A stretch of DNA of 64,000 nucleotides from Vulcanimicrobiota bacterium (lineage in GTDB: Bacteria > Vulcanimicrobiota > Vulcanimicrobiia > Vulcanimicrobiales > Vulcanimicrobiaceae): contig OY970223.1 in NCBI GenBank assembly GCA_963714015.1, forward strand, positions 480,001 to 544,000. The letters are read 5' to 3'. The translations under genes were made by a program, and so were the position numbers. Below the pieces are notes generated by a model that was not told where the DNA came from, ran no database searches, and saw only the letters and a list, made by a program, of their open reading frames with translations. Shown in pieces: positions 31,983-40,500 of the stretch. Each line of letters begins with the position of its first letter. Position 1 is the stretch's first letter.

Positions 31983-32294
31983 GTGAACGCATCGCCCTTT
32001 CCGAACCTGCCCTCCTACCCGATCAAACAGCGTCTGCAAGCCGAGGGCGTGAACGTCGTTTTGCTCAGCGTTCCGCCGGAGGCGAACTTTCCCGAGAACA
32101 TTTTCGGACTGAACGACAAAGGCGACGTGCTTTGGCAGATCGAGGCGCGGCCCTCGAAAGCGGCCAACAATAAGTACACGTCGATTCGCGACGAGGTAGG
32201 CCTCGTCGTGGGCAAGACCGAGGACAACTGTCAGCGCAAGATCGACCCCAAAACCGGCAAGGTGCTGACCGAAGAGGCCGCTCCCCCGGCCTGA
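31983..32294 (+). CDS. Hypothetical protein
   Basis: 103 aa, coding-like composition; NIFGLNDKGDVLWQI and IDPKTGKV motifs. Confidence 0.7.
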   Translation: MNASPFPNLPSYPIKQRLQAEGVNVVLLSVPPEANFPENIFGLNDKGDVLWQIEARPSKAANNKYTSIRDEVGLVVGKTEDNCQRKIDPKTGKVLTEEAAPPA

Positions 32295-32330
32295 CGAGGG
32301 GGCGCCGGTCTTTCCAGCCGTGCGCTTCGC

Positions 32331-32361
32331 TTGACGGGTCCCAGGGGGGTCGTGATATATT
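32331..32361 (+). promoter_or_regulatory. Putative promoter of infC-rpmI-rplT
   Basis: TTGACG at 32331 and extended -10 TGaTATATT at 32353-32361 (19-nt spacer containing a G6 run). Confidence 0.55.
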
Positions 32362-32367
32362 GCCTGA

Positions 32368-32484
32368 GCCGAAGTAGGGCCCGGAAGGGTCCTCACCGGA
32401 TGCCTGCGGGCGATCCGGTCTTCACCGAGGAGCCGCCGGCCGGTCTCCGCGTTGGGGTCGCTTCGGCGACGCCTTTTTTATTTT
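32368..32484 (+). ncRNA. Structured leader/attenuator upstream of infC (L20-leader-like)
   Basis: GAAGTAG...CTCACC 5' segment, ACCGGAT/ATCCGGT hairpin, terminator GTCGC-TTCG-GCGAC + T-tract between promoter and infC. Confidence 0.55.
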
Positions 32485-32536
32485 ACGCAGGGGCCCGGCC
32501 GCGATAGTTCGGGTCACTTTAAACGGGGGTTTTGAC

Positions 32537-33143
32537 ATAGCTCGACCGCTCAGAATAAACGACCAGATACGCATCCGCCAAGTGCGCGTGATCGACGATG
32601 ACGGCAGTCGAGCTGGGGATCATGCTTACCGAAGATGCTCTGGCTCGAGCGCGCAACGCCGGTTTGGACCTGATCGAGGTCTCTCCGACCGCACAACCGC
32701 CGGTATGCAAAATAGCGGATTACGGACGTCTCAAGTACGAGCAATCCAAAAAAGACAAAGACGCCCGCAAAAAACAGAAGAACTTCGAACTCAAAGAAGT
32801 GAAGCTGCGGCCGAAAATCGAGACCCACGATTACGAGACCAAGGCCCGCATGGCCGAACGTCTGCTGCTCGACGGAAGCAAGATCAAAGTGACGATCATG
32901 TTCCGCGGGCGCGAGATAACTTATACGAGTTTTGGGCGCAAACTGCTCGATCGCATGGCGGTCGACATGGCGCCAATCGCCATAGTCGAGCGCGATCCGA
33001 AGCTCGAAGGAAAAAATATGTTCATGATCATGGCTCCCCGGCCTACACCGGCCGGACCGCCGAAGTTCTTGTCGATGCACGAGAAAGAACGCGAAAGCAA
33101 AGCCGGAGATCAAGAAGTCAAGAAGGAGCCTACAAGTGCCTAA
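32537..33143 (+). CDS. infC: Translation initiation factor IF-3, non-canonical ATA start (one extra base at 32609-32615)
   Basis: GGGGGT SD then ATA-ARPLRINDQIR..VRVIDDDG; next frame LGIM..LDLIEVSP..PPVCKIADYG, KEVKLRP, IMFRGRE. Confidence 0.93.
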
Positions 33144-33342
33144 GATTCGTACCCACCGTGGTACCGCAAAACGTGTGAAAGTGAGTGCAAACGGTAAAGT
33201 GACGCACCGTCACCAGTTCAGCGGCTGCGGTCACATCATGAGCAAGCGCACGCGCAAGCGCAAACGCAAATTCCGTAAAGATCAGCCGGTGTTCCCGGGC
33301 GACCTCAAACGCTTGGCACCGACGATTCCGTATTTGGTGTAG
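33136..33342 (+). CDS. rpmI: 50S ribosomal protein L35
   Basis: MPKIRTHRGTAKRVKVSANGK..HIMSKR; AAGGAG SD; synteny. Confidence 0.95.
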   Translation: MPKIRTHRGTAKRVKVSANGKVTHRHQFSGCGHIMSKRTRKRKRKFRKDQPVFPGDLKRLAPTIPYLV

Positions 33343-33355
33343 GAGGGTACGGTAG

Positions 33356-33718
33356 ATGGCACGCATCAAACGCGGACTTCACGGTCTGAAGCACCGCCGC
33401 AAGGTCATGAAACTCGTCAAGGGCTTTCGCGCCGCCCGCCGCCGCAACTATCGCGTTGCGAACGAAGCGCTGCTGCACTCGCTTGCTTACGCATACCGCG
33501 ACCGCCGCGTCCGCAAGCGCGACTTCCGCGCTCTTTGGATCAGCCGCATCAACGCCGCCGCGCGCAAGGAAGGCCTAACGTACTCCGTTTTCATGAACGG
33601 GCTGAAAAAGTCGGGCATCAGCTTGAACCGCAAAGCGCTTGCGGAGCTCGCAGTCAGCGACGCGGCCGCTTTCGGCTCACTGCTCAAAGCCGCCAAACAA
33701 GCCGTCGGGAATAAATAA
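33356..33718 (+). CDS. rplT: 50S ribosomal protein L20
   Basis: MARIKRG, YAYRDRRVRKRDFRALWISRINAAAR, LNRKALAELAV. Confidence 0.97.
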   Translation: MARIKRGLHGLKHRRKVMKLVKGFRAARRRNYRVANEALLHSLAYAYRDRRVRKRDFRALWISRINAAARKEGLTYSVFMNGLKKSGISLNRKALAELAVSDAAAFGSLLKAAKQAVGNK

Positions 33719-33804
33719 TCGTTTTACCAAAAGAAAACGCCTGCGGTCTTTTTTTGCCGCTTTCGTCATAACGGCAAGGGGGCGGCTGCGATAAACTGGC
33801 TGGC

Positions 33805-34080
33805 ATGAAGAAGCGCACCGCACTCCTCTCGCTGATCGCATTACTCGCAGCTCCCGCAACGACGCTCGCGGCCGTGGATGCATCGCTCATTCCGGACGGC
33901 ACGTATGTGGTCAAAGTCGAGAAGGTCGACGACACGCAGCATGTTACCGTCGTGATGAACAACGGCATCGAGACGACGCTCCCCGCTACGGGCAGCGTGA
34001 ATTTCGGAAACGTCAAAGCGAATGAGACGATCAAAATCTCGGTCGTCAAAGGCAAAGTTCCGGTCTTCGCGATTCAGTAA
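33805..34080 (+). CDS. Small secreted beta-rich hypothetical protein
   Basis: Signal peptide MKKRTALLSLIALLAAPATTLA; 91 aa. Confidence 0.75.
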   Translation: MKKRTALLSLIALLAAPATTLAAVDASLIPDGTYVVKVEKVDDTQHVTVVMNNGIETTLPATGSVNFGNVKANETIKISVVKGKVPVFAIQ

Positions 34081-34102
34081 ACCTTCGATAAAAAAGCGCA
34101 TT

Positions 34103-34135
34103 GAAGCCTCGGTACGCAAAGTACCGGGGCTTCTT
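34103..34135 (+). terminator. Hairpin/terminator after small secreted gene
   Basis: GAAGCCTCGGTAC-GCAAA-GTACCGGGGCTTC stem. Confidence 0.55.
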
Positions 34136-34301
34136 GCCATCCCGGCGAGTGCTCGTCTCTACGCCGGCGGGTTGCTCGGAGTACCGGCGCGGTCCGGCCG
34201 CCGCGGAAGAACGTCTGCGCGAGGCTCTCCGGGTCCGGCGAGCGTCATCCTTGACCTGCCCCAGGGGCGTACTTTGGGCGTGAACGAAGTGTGGAACCGG
34301 C

Positions 34302-34868
34302 ATGGCATCGCTTACGACGCCTCCCCGAGGCGCTGACGAGGCTACGTTGGCGCAGGCCTTTGCACGGCGCGAGGAGTGGGCATTTACCGAAGCCTACCGG
34401 CGATACGGCGCGTTGCTGTACACAGTCGCGTTGAATGTGCTTCATAGCGCCGAAGAAGCGGAGGACTGCGTTCACGACGTGCTCGTGCGAGTGTGGAAAA
34501 ACGTCACTGCTTTCGCCGCGCAGCGCGGTTCAGTACGGGCGTTCCTGGTCGTCTGCGTGCGCAACGATGCGATCTCGCGGCGGCGCTCGTCCGCCCGCCG
34601 GGCGAATCTGGCGGAACGCGTCTCGCGCGACTCAGAAATGCAGCAAGAGATTCACATCGAAGATTTCGTCGAAAACCGCCGCGTGCGCGAGGCGATCGAG
34701 CAGCTTCCCGAAGATCAGCGCAATGCGGTGCTGCTCGCGTATTTCGGCGGAAAAACGCACGTAGAGATCGCCAAAGAACTGGACCAGCCGCTCGGAACGA
34801 TAAAAAGCCGGATCTCGCTCGGTCTTCGCAAACTGGGACTCGCGCTTTCGATCGGAGCTCACTCGTGA
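34302..34868 (+). CDS. ECF RNA polymerase sigma factor (SigK-like)
   Basis: AEDCVHDVLVRVW region 2; LPEDQR...LAYFGGKTHVEIA..L..PLGTIKSRI region 4. Confidence 0.92.
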   Translation: MASLTTPPRGADEATLAQAFARREEWAFTEAYRRYGALLYTVALNVLHSAEEAEDCVHDVLVRVWKNVTAFAAQRGSVRAFLVVCVRNDAISRRRSSARRANLAERVSRDSEMQQEIHIEDFVENRRVREAIEQLPEDQRNAVLLAYFGGKTHVEIAKELDQPLGTIKSRISLGLRKLGLALSIGAHS

Positions 34869-35521
34869 GCGAGCATATCGAGGAACTTGCCGAACTCTAC
34901 GCGCTAGGAACGCTCGACGATTTGGAGCGGGCGCGGGTCGAAAAGCACGTCGAAAGCTGCGAGGATTGCGCGATCCGCCTGGACGAAGCGGCGATCGTCG
35001 TCGCGGACGTTGCCCAAGCCCAGTCGACCGTAACGCCGCCGCACCAGTTGGAGACCCGCTTGTTGCAATCGGCGGGGCTGCAGCGGAGCCGGCCATCCGC
35101 GCGGCGCCCGCTTTGGCATTGGCAAGTCTTCGGCGCTATTGCCGCGGTGTTCGCGCTTGCATTCGTTCCGGCTTGGGTTGCCGTAGACTTCACGTCGCTT
35201 GCGCGCAACGACGACAACCGCGCGCTGGCGCGGCTCGCGAGCGCGCCGTTCAACCGCGCCACCTTCATGGGTTCGAATCACCGGCCGATGGACGCCAAGG
35301 TTTTGTATGGGCCGGGCGGCGACTGGTACTACGTCGTCGTGATGCATCCTAGCCCCAACATGCACGTTGCGTACATGCACGGGGCAAGGATGGAGATGCT
35401 GGGCACCGTTGCGATGCACGGCGAGAGCGGAACGCTCTATCTTCCCGTCAAGCACAAAATGGAAGAACTCGCGCTGCTTGAGGGCAGCCGGGTCGTTGCC
35501 GACGCGCATCTCGTCTACTGA
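34865..35521 (+). CDS. Zinc-finger (HxxxCxxC) anti-sigma factor
   Basis: ELYALGTLD..E...VEKHVESCEDC, one TM helix; GTGA overlap with sigma gene. Confidence 0.88.
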   Translation: MSEHIEELAELYALGTLDDLERARVEKHVESCEDCAIRLDEAAIVVADVAQAQSTVTPPHQLETRLLQSAGLQRSRPSARRPLWHWQVFGAIAAVFALAFVPAWVAVDFTSLARNDDNRALARLASAPFNRATFMGSNHRPMDAKVLYGPGGDWYYVVVMHPSPNMHVAYMHGARMEMLGTVAMHGESGTLYLPVKHKMEELALLEGSRVVADAHLVY

Positions 35522-35589
35522 ATCAGGCCTTCGTAAAACCTCGATAAAGCGCCGAAGGCGCTCGCCCACCCTCACCGAACTGCGGCACC

Positions 35590-37026
35590 ATGGCCAACCG
35601 GGTCGCCTGCTTATTGCTGGCTCTGTTTCTCGTCCCCGCTGCCGGGAGCGCCGCGCCTCAAACCGCCGCCCCGCCGGCGGTTCCACAAGCCCAGCTCACG
35701 CCGCCGCCATTCACGCCGGACCGCGCTCGCGCAATCGAGGGTATTGCGCTCGGTGAGATCCACTCCGGCAGCACGCCGGGCCTGGCAATAGGCGTGGTCG
35801 AGGACGGCCTGCTCGTGTACGCTCACGGCTTCGGAACCGCCAATCTGGAAACGCATCGCGGCATGAGCGTCTCGACGGAATTCTACACCGGATCGCTCAT
35901 GCAGCAGTTTACCGCGGCCGCGGTGCTGCTGCTGGTCCAGCGCAAACAGATCGCGCTTACCGACAAGGTGACCAAGTACGTTCCCGAACTGAGCATAGCA
36001 AAAAACGTGACGGTAGAAGAGCTGCTGTACCACACGTCGGGTCTGCCCGATGCAACGCAGGCGCCCGGAATCGTTCACGATCTCACGCGGCCCGTCAAAA
36101 TCGCCGACTTGCTCAAAGCCGTCGACAAGATGAACTTGTCATTCGATCCCGGCACGAAGGCTCAGTACAACAACTTCAATTACACGATAGCGGCGTTGAT
36201 CGTCGAACGGGTAACGCAGCTTCCGCTCTCGGTGTTCTTGTCCTCGAACGTCTTTCAACCGCTGATCATGACCTCGACGTTCCTGGCGGGCGATCAAGGG
36301 ATTTCGCAAGCACACGCCGTCGGCTACACGCGCTCGAACGGCCGGTTCGTGCGGGCCAAGACGTGGAATCCCGCGTGGTTGGCCGGCAGCGGCGATCTGG
36401 TGACGACGGTCGACGATTTGGCGAAATGGGACGTCGGCCTGCCCTTGATTCTCAACGTCGATTCGGTGCGCAGCATGTGGAGCGTAGCTCCGAACGTCGC
36501 CGGTTCGCAATTCGGCATGGGCTGGATCATCGATCAGCGCGGCGGAGCCCGATTCGTGTGGCATGCCGGACAGATAGCGGGATTTCACGCAATGAACGCG
36601 CTCTTGCCCGATCAGCACGTAGCGGTCATCGTTCTCACGAACGCCGACTCGCTCGGTGAGAGTACGGTTCAGCCCGAACTGGTAGCCAATCGGATTCTAG
36701 ACGTGGTGGCGCCGCTTCCGCCGGCGCACTTCGCCAACGTGATTCTGACGCGAGCTGGAGAATGGCTCGGCCGGCTTGCGCGAGGCGACATCGATCGAAC
36801 GCAGCTTACGCCGGCTTTCAGTCAATACTTAACGGATCAGCTTGTAGAACAGACTGATCTCAAATCCCTCGGACCGGTAATTTCGATGGTCCCAATCGAG
36901 AGCTATCAAAGCTCGGATGACACGGTGTACGTCTTTGACGTTCGTTTCCGCCGCGGCGCCTTACGGTATCAATTCAAGGTCACGCCGGACGGGAAAGTTG
37001 ACGGGATTCAGCTCTCGGGCGATTAG
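35590..37026 (+). CDS. Secreted serine hydrolase (beta-lactamase-related)
   Basis: Signal peptide, PGLAIGV, TGSLMQQF (SxxK degenerate to SxxQ), LLYHTSG, YNNFNY, WHAG. Confidence 0.85.
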   Translation: MANRVACLLLALFLVPAAGSAAPQTAAPPAVPQAQLTPPPFTPDRARAIEGIALGEIHSGSTPGLAIGVVEDGLLVYAHGFGTANLETHRGMSVSTEFYTGSLMQQFTAAAVLLLVQRKQIALTDKVTKYVPELSIAKNVTVEELLYHTSGLPDATQAPGIVHDLTRPVKIADLLKAVDKMNLSFDPGTKAQYNNFNYTIAALIVERVTQLPLSVFLSSNVFQPLIMTSTFLAGDQGISQAHAVGYTRSNGRFVRAKTWNPAWLAGSGDLVTTVDDLAKWDVGLPLILNVDSVRSMWSVAPNVAGSQFGMGWIIDQRGGARFVWHAGQIAGFHAMNALLPDQHVAVIVLTNADSLGESTVQPELVANRILDVVAPLPPAHFANVILTRAGEWLGRLARGDIDRTQLTPAFSQYLTDQLVEQTDLKSLGPVISMVPIESYQSSDDTVYVFDVRFRRGALRYQFKVTPDGKVDGIQLSGD

Positions 37027-37298
37027 TCGTCGCCGTTTGCCAGCCGCCGTCCCGTCGCCTCGATAACCTTGCCCAGCATGCTCACCGCTTCCGCGCGCGA
37101 GGCGTTGCTGAACATGTACTTGAGCTTGTCGTCGGAATCTTCAACGATCAGCACGGCGCGTTTGCCCGCGCGAACCGCTGCGATCAGCTTGTTGAGATAG
37201 GCTTCGTCTTCCGGAGCCAAAACCGACGGAGCGCCGGCGTCTTTGCCGTCGCTGAGCAAATATTTTAGGACCGCATTTATATCTCGCGGAGTATCCAA
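37023..37298 (-). CDS. Hypothetical protein
   Basis: 91 aa, GGAGG upstream of TTG. Confidence 0.7.
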   Translation of the reverse strand: MDTPRDINAVLKYLLSDGKDAGAPSVLAPEDEAYLNKLIAAVRAGKRAVLIVEDSDDKLKYMFSNASRAEAVSMLGKVIEATGRRLANGDD

Positions 37299-37399
37299 CG
37301 CGCACCATCCTCCATGGCAGAAACTGCCGCCATCTACTAAAAGCGCATAAGCGGCTTTAGCGGCTGTTTCGTCTATAGATTATCGACCCTTAAATGAAA

Positions 37400-37933
37400 C
37401 TATTTATGTCGACGCCCTGCCAGCCAAAGGAGCGCCAAGATCGTTTTCATGTCGACGATCTCGCCGCTTGCTTGCATGGACCAGGCCTCGTCGAAGGATA
37501 CTTCGCGAACCTCGATGCGTTCATCTTCTTCCAGCGCCTGCGGGCCGGCATGCAATTCTCGCGCGGCATAAACGTGCACTCGCTCGGTACAAAAACCGGG
37601 CGTCGGATATGCCGTGCAGAGCGCCTCCCAGCGGTCCGCCACGTAACCGGTTTCCTCGCGGAGCTCGCGCTGTGCGCCTGCTTCGCATTCCTCTCCCGGT
37701 TCAGCCGTCCCGGCCGGAATTTCCCAGAGCTCGGCACGAGCGGCGTGGCGATATTGGCGCACCAGAACCAGCCGGTCGTCCGCAGGCATCGCCGCGATCG
37801 CGAACGAGCCCGGATGCTGGATGATGTCGACATTGCGTTCCTTGCCGTCAATTTCGATGGAATCGACGCGAACCGTAAAGATTCGGCCTTTGTAAATTTC
37901 TTGCGAACGCAGCACTTCAGGGAGGTCGGGCAT
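37400..37933 (-). CDS. NUDIX hydrolase (ADP-ribose pyrophosphatase-like)
   Basis: LVRQYR, WEIPAG..EPGE....AQRELREETG Nudix box, DMKT. Confidence 0.92.
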   Translation of the reverse strand: MPDLPEVLRSQEIYKGRIFTVRVDSIEIDGKERNVDIIQHPGSFAIAAMPADDRLVLVRQYRHAARAELWEIPAGTAEPGEECEAGAQRELREETGYVADRWEALCTAYPTPGFCTERVHVYAARELHAGPQALEEDERIEVREVSFDEAWSMQASGEIVDMKTILALLWLAGRRHK

Positions 37934-38012
37934 GCCGGTCAATTTGACGCAACGTGCGAACAAGTCCCGCGCCGAAACGGATTAGATCGCTCGATGCGCG
38001 TACAACCGCAAC

Positions 38013-38204
38013 GTGCAGTCTTCGATCGGGCGGGAACTTCTATGGCTCGCCGTGTGGCTCGCCATTTTCGTGCTGCTGACGGTACTGATGCTCAAGTTCG
38101 TCGTGCCGCACCACTTCAACGATCGCATCGCCGTTATAATCTCGGCCATCCTCTCCGGCCTTGCGATGATCGGACTACGTGCCTACGCCACTCGGGGCGC
38201 ATAA
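38013..38204 (+). CDS. Small two-TM membrane protein
   Basis: 63 aa, two hydrophobic segments. Confidence 0.6.
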   Translation: MQSSIGRELLWLAVWLAIFVLLTVLMLKFVVPHHFNDRIAVIISAILSGLAMIGLRAYATRGA

Positions 38205-38952
38205 CGCCCGGCTGAGCCTCGTTCGCGAGCTGCTCACGAAAAAGGGGCGGCAGCAACACGCGCGCTTTTCGTTCGAGGGACCGACGCTGCTGGAGGAGGC
38301 ACTTCGCGCCGGCGTTCCGGTCGAAGCAGTCTACGCGACGCCGGAAAGATACGAGTCGTCACCGCCGCTGCAGATGGCGGAGTCCCACGGCATCGGCGTT
38401 TATCTCGTGGACGACCGGAGCATGGCGCGGATCTCCGATCTGGATACCCCGCCGGGCATCGTCGCGGTCGCACCTATCACTCTGGAACCGCTGGAGAAGC
38501 TGCTCGAGGCACCGGGGATAGTGCTGTTGCTGGCCGATGTCAATGACCCCGGGAATGCCGGCACGCTGCTACGGACGGCTGATGCCTTCGGCGTCGATCG
38601 GGTCGTGTTCGGTTCCGAAGGGGCCGCTCCGCACAACCCCAAGGTCGTCCGGGCGGCCATGGGCTCTATCTTCCGCGTTCGACTCGCGACAGCCCAGCCG
38701 GACGGGCTCAGTCACGCCGCCGCCTCGCGGCGCGTCACCGGCCTGACCGCCCGCGGCGAGCCGCTCCGCGGACTGGAATGGCATGAAAGCGACGTCTTGG
38801 TCGTTGGGAGCGAGCGAAGAGGGCTCGGAGACTGGGCGCGCGTCTGCAGCCGCTACGCGGCCATTCCAATGCTCGGCCAGGCGGAAAGCCTTAATGCCGC
38901 AGCGGCCGGCTCGATCGCCCTTTACGAGGCGACCAAGCCGCAGCAGGGTTGA
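38179..38952 (+). CDS. TrmH/SpoU family RNA methyltransferase
   Basis: DPGNAGTLLRTA, PKVVRAAMG, VGSERRG, IPM...AESLNAA. Confidence 0.92.
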   Translation: MPTPLGAHNARLSLVRELLTKKGRQQHARFSFEGPTLLEEALRAGVPVEAVYATPERYESSPPLQMAESHGIGVYLVDDRSMARISDLDTPPGIVAVAPITLEPLEKLLEAPGIVLLLADVNDPGNAGTLLRTADAFGVDRVVFGSEGAAPHNPKVVRAAMGSIFRVRLATAQPDGLSHAAASRRVTGLTARGEPLRGLEWHESDVLVVGSERRGLGDWARVCSRYAAIPMLGQAESLNAAAAGSIALYEATKPQQG

Positions 38953-38975
38953 CTCCAGACCCCCTCCGGCCGCGT

Positions 38976-39040
38976 TGTCAAGACAGTGCCTTCGGGCCGA
39001 AAAGTCAAGACTATCTTGTGGAAAAGTCGCATGCTATACT
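38976..39040 (+). promoter_or_regulatory. Extended -10 promoter with two upstream GTCAAGAC boxes
   Basis: TGTCAAGACA 38976-38985, AGTCAAGACT 39003-39012, TGcTATACT 39032-39040. Confidence 0.5.
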
Positions 39041-39100
39041 GCTGCCATTCGCACAGGCGTGCGGAGCCAAAACGTTCTGAGAAGGAGACCCAAGAAGCCG

Positions 39101-39202
39101 ATGGCGACCTGCGAATTCTTTTGGAAACTCTTTAAGGACACGGGATCGATCAACGCGTATCTGATATACCGGCAACTCCATCCCACACCGGCTCCAACGT
39201 AG
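39101..39202 (+). CDS. YqzL-like small protein (33 aa)
   Basis: MATCEFFWKLFKDTGSINAYLIYRQL matches the W..F..TG.I..YL.Y pattern; AAGGAG upstream; own promoter and terminator. Confidence 0.75.
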   Translation: MATCEFFWKLFKDTGSINAYLIYRQLHPTPAPT

Positions 39203-39218
39203 TAAAAAGATTTCTATC

Positions 39219-39256
39219 AAACGCCCGGAATATCGCCGGGCGTTTTCATTTTTTTT
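39219..39256 (+). terminator. Intrinsic terminator after YqzL-like gene
   Basis: AAACGCCCGG-7nt-CCGGGCGTTT plus long T tract. Confidence 0.75.
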
Positions 39257-39464
39257 GGTCTTCGTGCCGGCTGTACTGCGGCTCGGGCGACGCTCGAAAA
39301 TCGACATCCGCTCGATTTTCTGCTAAGTGAAATTCTTGCAATGCGCGCGTTGAAACAGACGTCCTGTCTGGGCGGAAATTATCACATTGACCTCGGCCGG
39401 AGTACCTGCGGGGCCGAAAGAAAGAAAGCCCGGAAACAGTTCGGGCGTTTGCTGGAAAATTGGG

Positions 39465-40500
39465 ATGAGCGGCTTGGATCAACAGCTTAACGGAGCTTAA
39501 AGAACGATTTGAGGAGGCGTTAGGGCGCGTTACGAACGAGCGCGCTTTAGAAGAAGTACGAGTTCGATTTTTAGGCCGCAGCGGCGAGGTCACCGTCTTG
39601 CGGCGCGCCATCGGGCAGCTGCCTGCCGCCGAGCGGCCCGGCGCCGGCAAAGTCGTAAACGAAGCCGTCGCTCATATGGAGCGGCTGCTCGGCGAGGCGC
39701 AGGCAAAGATCGAAGCGCAAGCGTTCGAAGCTGAACTTCAAACGCGGATCGACGTCACGTTCCCCTCGCCTGAGCCTCGGATGGGGACGATACACCCGAT
39801 CCGCCGCGTCATCGAAGATGCGTGCGCGTACTTTCAGCGGCACGGATTCGCCGTCGTTCTCGGACCCGAAATCGAACCGGAATACTACAACTTCGATGCG
39901 CTGAACATTCCGCCCGATCATCCCGCGCGCGAGGGCTTCGACTCGTTTTTCTTGAGCGATAATCTTCTACTGCGCCCGCATACCTCGCCGATGCAGATTC
40001 GCACGATGCAGCAGCAGCGCCCGCCGGTCGCCGTCGTCGTTCCGGGACGCTGTTACCGGCGCGATGCCGTCGACGCGCGGCATTTGTTTCAGTTCGTGCA
40101 AATCGAAGGTCTGCTGGTCGACGAAGGCGTCCACTTCGGTCATCTCAAGGGAATGCTCACCGGTATGTGCCGCGAGCTCTTCGGCCGCGATCAGCAAGTG
40201 CGCTTTAGGCCTTCGTTCTTTCCATTTACGGAGCCGAGCGCCGAAGTGGACACGACGTGCCCGTTATGCCGCGGCGAGTCGACCGAATGCCGCATGTGCG
40301 GCGGCTCCGGATGGATCGAATTGGGCGGATCCGGTATGGTGCATCCTAACGTGCTGCGCAACATGGATTACGATCCCGCCGTGTACTCCGGCTGGGCCTT
40401 CGGCTTCGGCATCGAGCGTTTGGCGCTCGTCCGCTATGACGTCGACGACATTCGGCGTTTCTACGAAAACGCGCCGGACTTTTTGAGGCAGCTCTCATGA
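39465..40500 (+). CDS. pheS: Phenylalanine--tRNA ligase alpha subunit (one extra base at ~39484-39497)
   Basis: MSGLDQQL.. then shifted ELKERF..EEVRVRFLGRSG; NFDALNIPPDHPAR, LRPHTSP, RFRPSFFPFTEPS, GMVHPNVL, FGFGIERL. Confidence 0.95.

Noticed and set aside
34103..34135. c-di-GMP-I riboswitch suggested by ACGCAAAG
   Set aside because: Sits in a simple long hairpin right after a stop codon; the rest of the aptamer is missing, so it is better explained as a terminator.
38783..39202. 139-aa ORF from the track
   Set aside because: Overlaps the methyltransferase and promoter; only the last 33 codons (from ATG 39101, with SD) look real.
39257..39464. T-box riboswitch upstream of pheS
   Set aside because: No convincing GGTGGNACC antiterminator bulge, stem I motifs or terminator directly before pheS.
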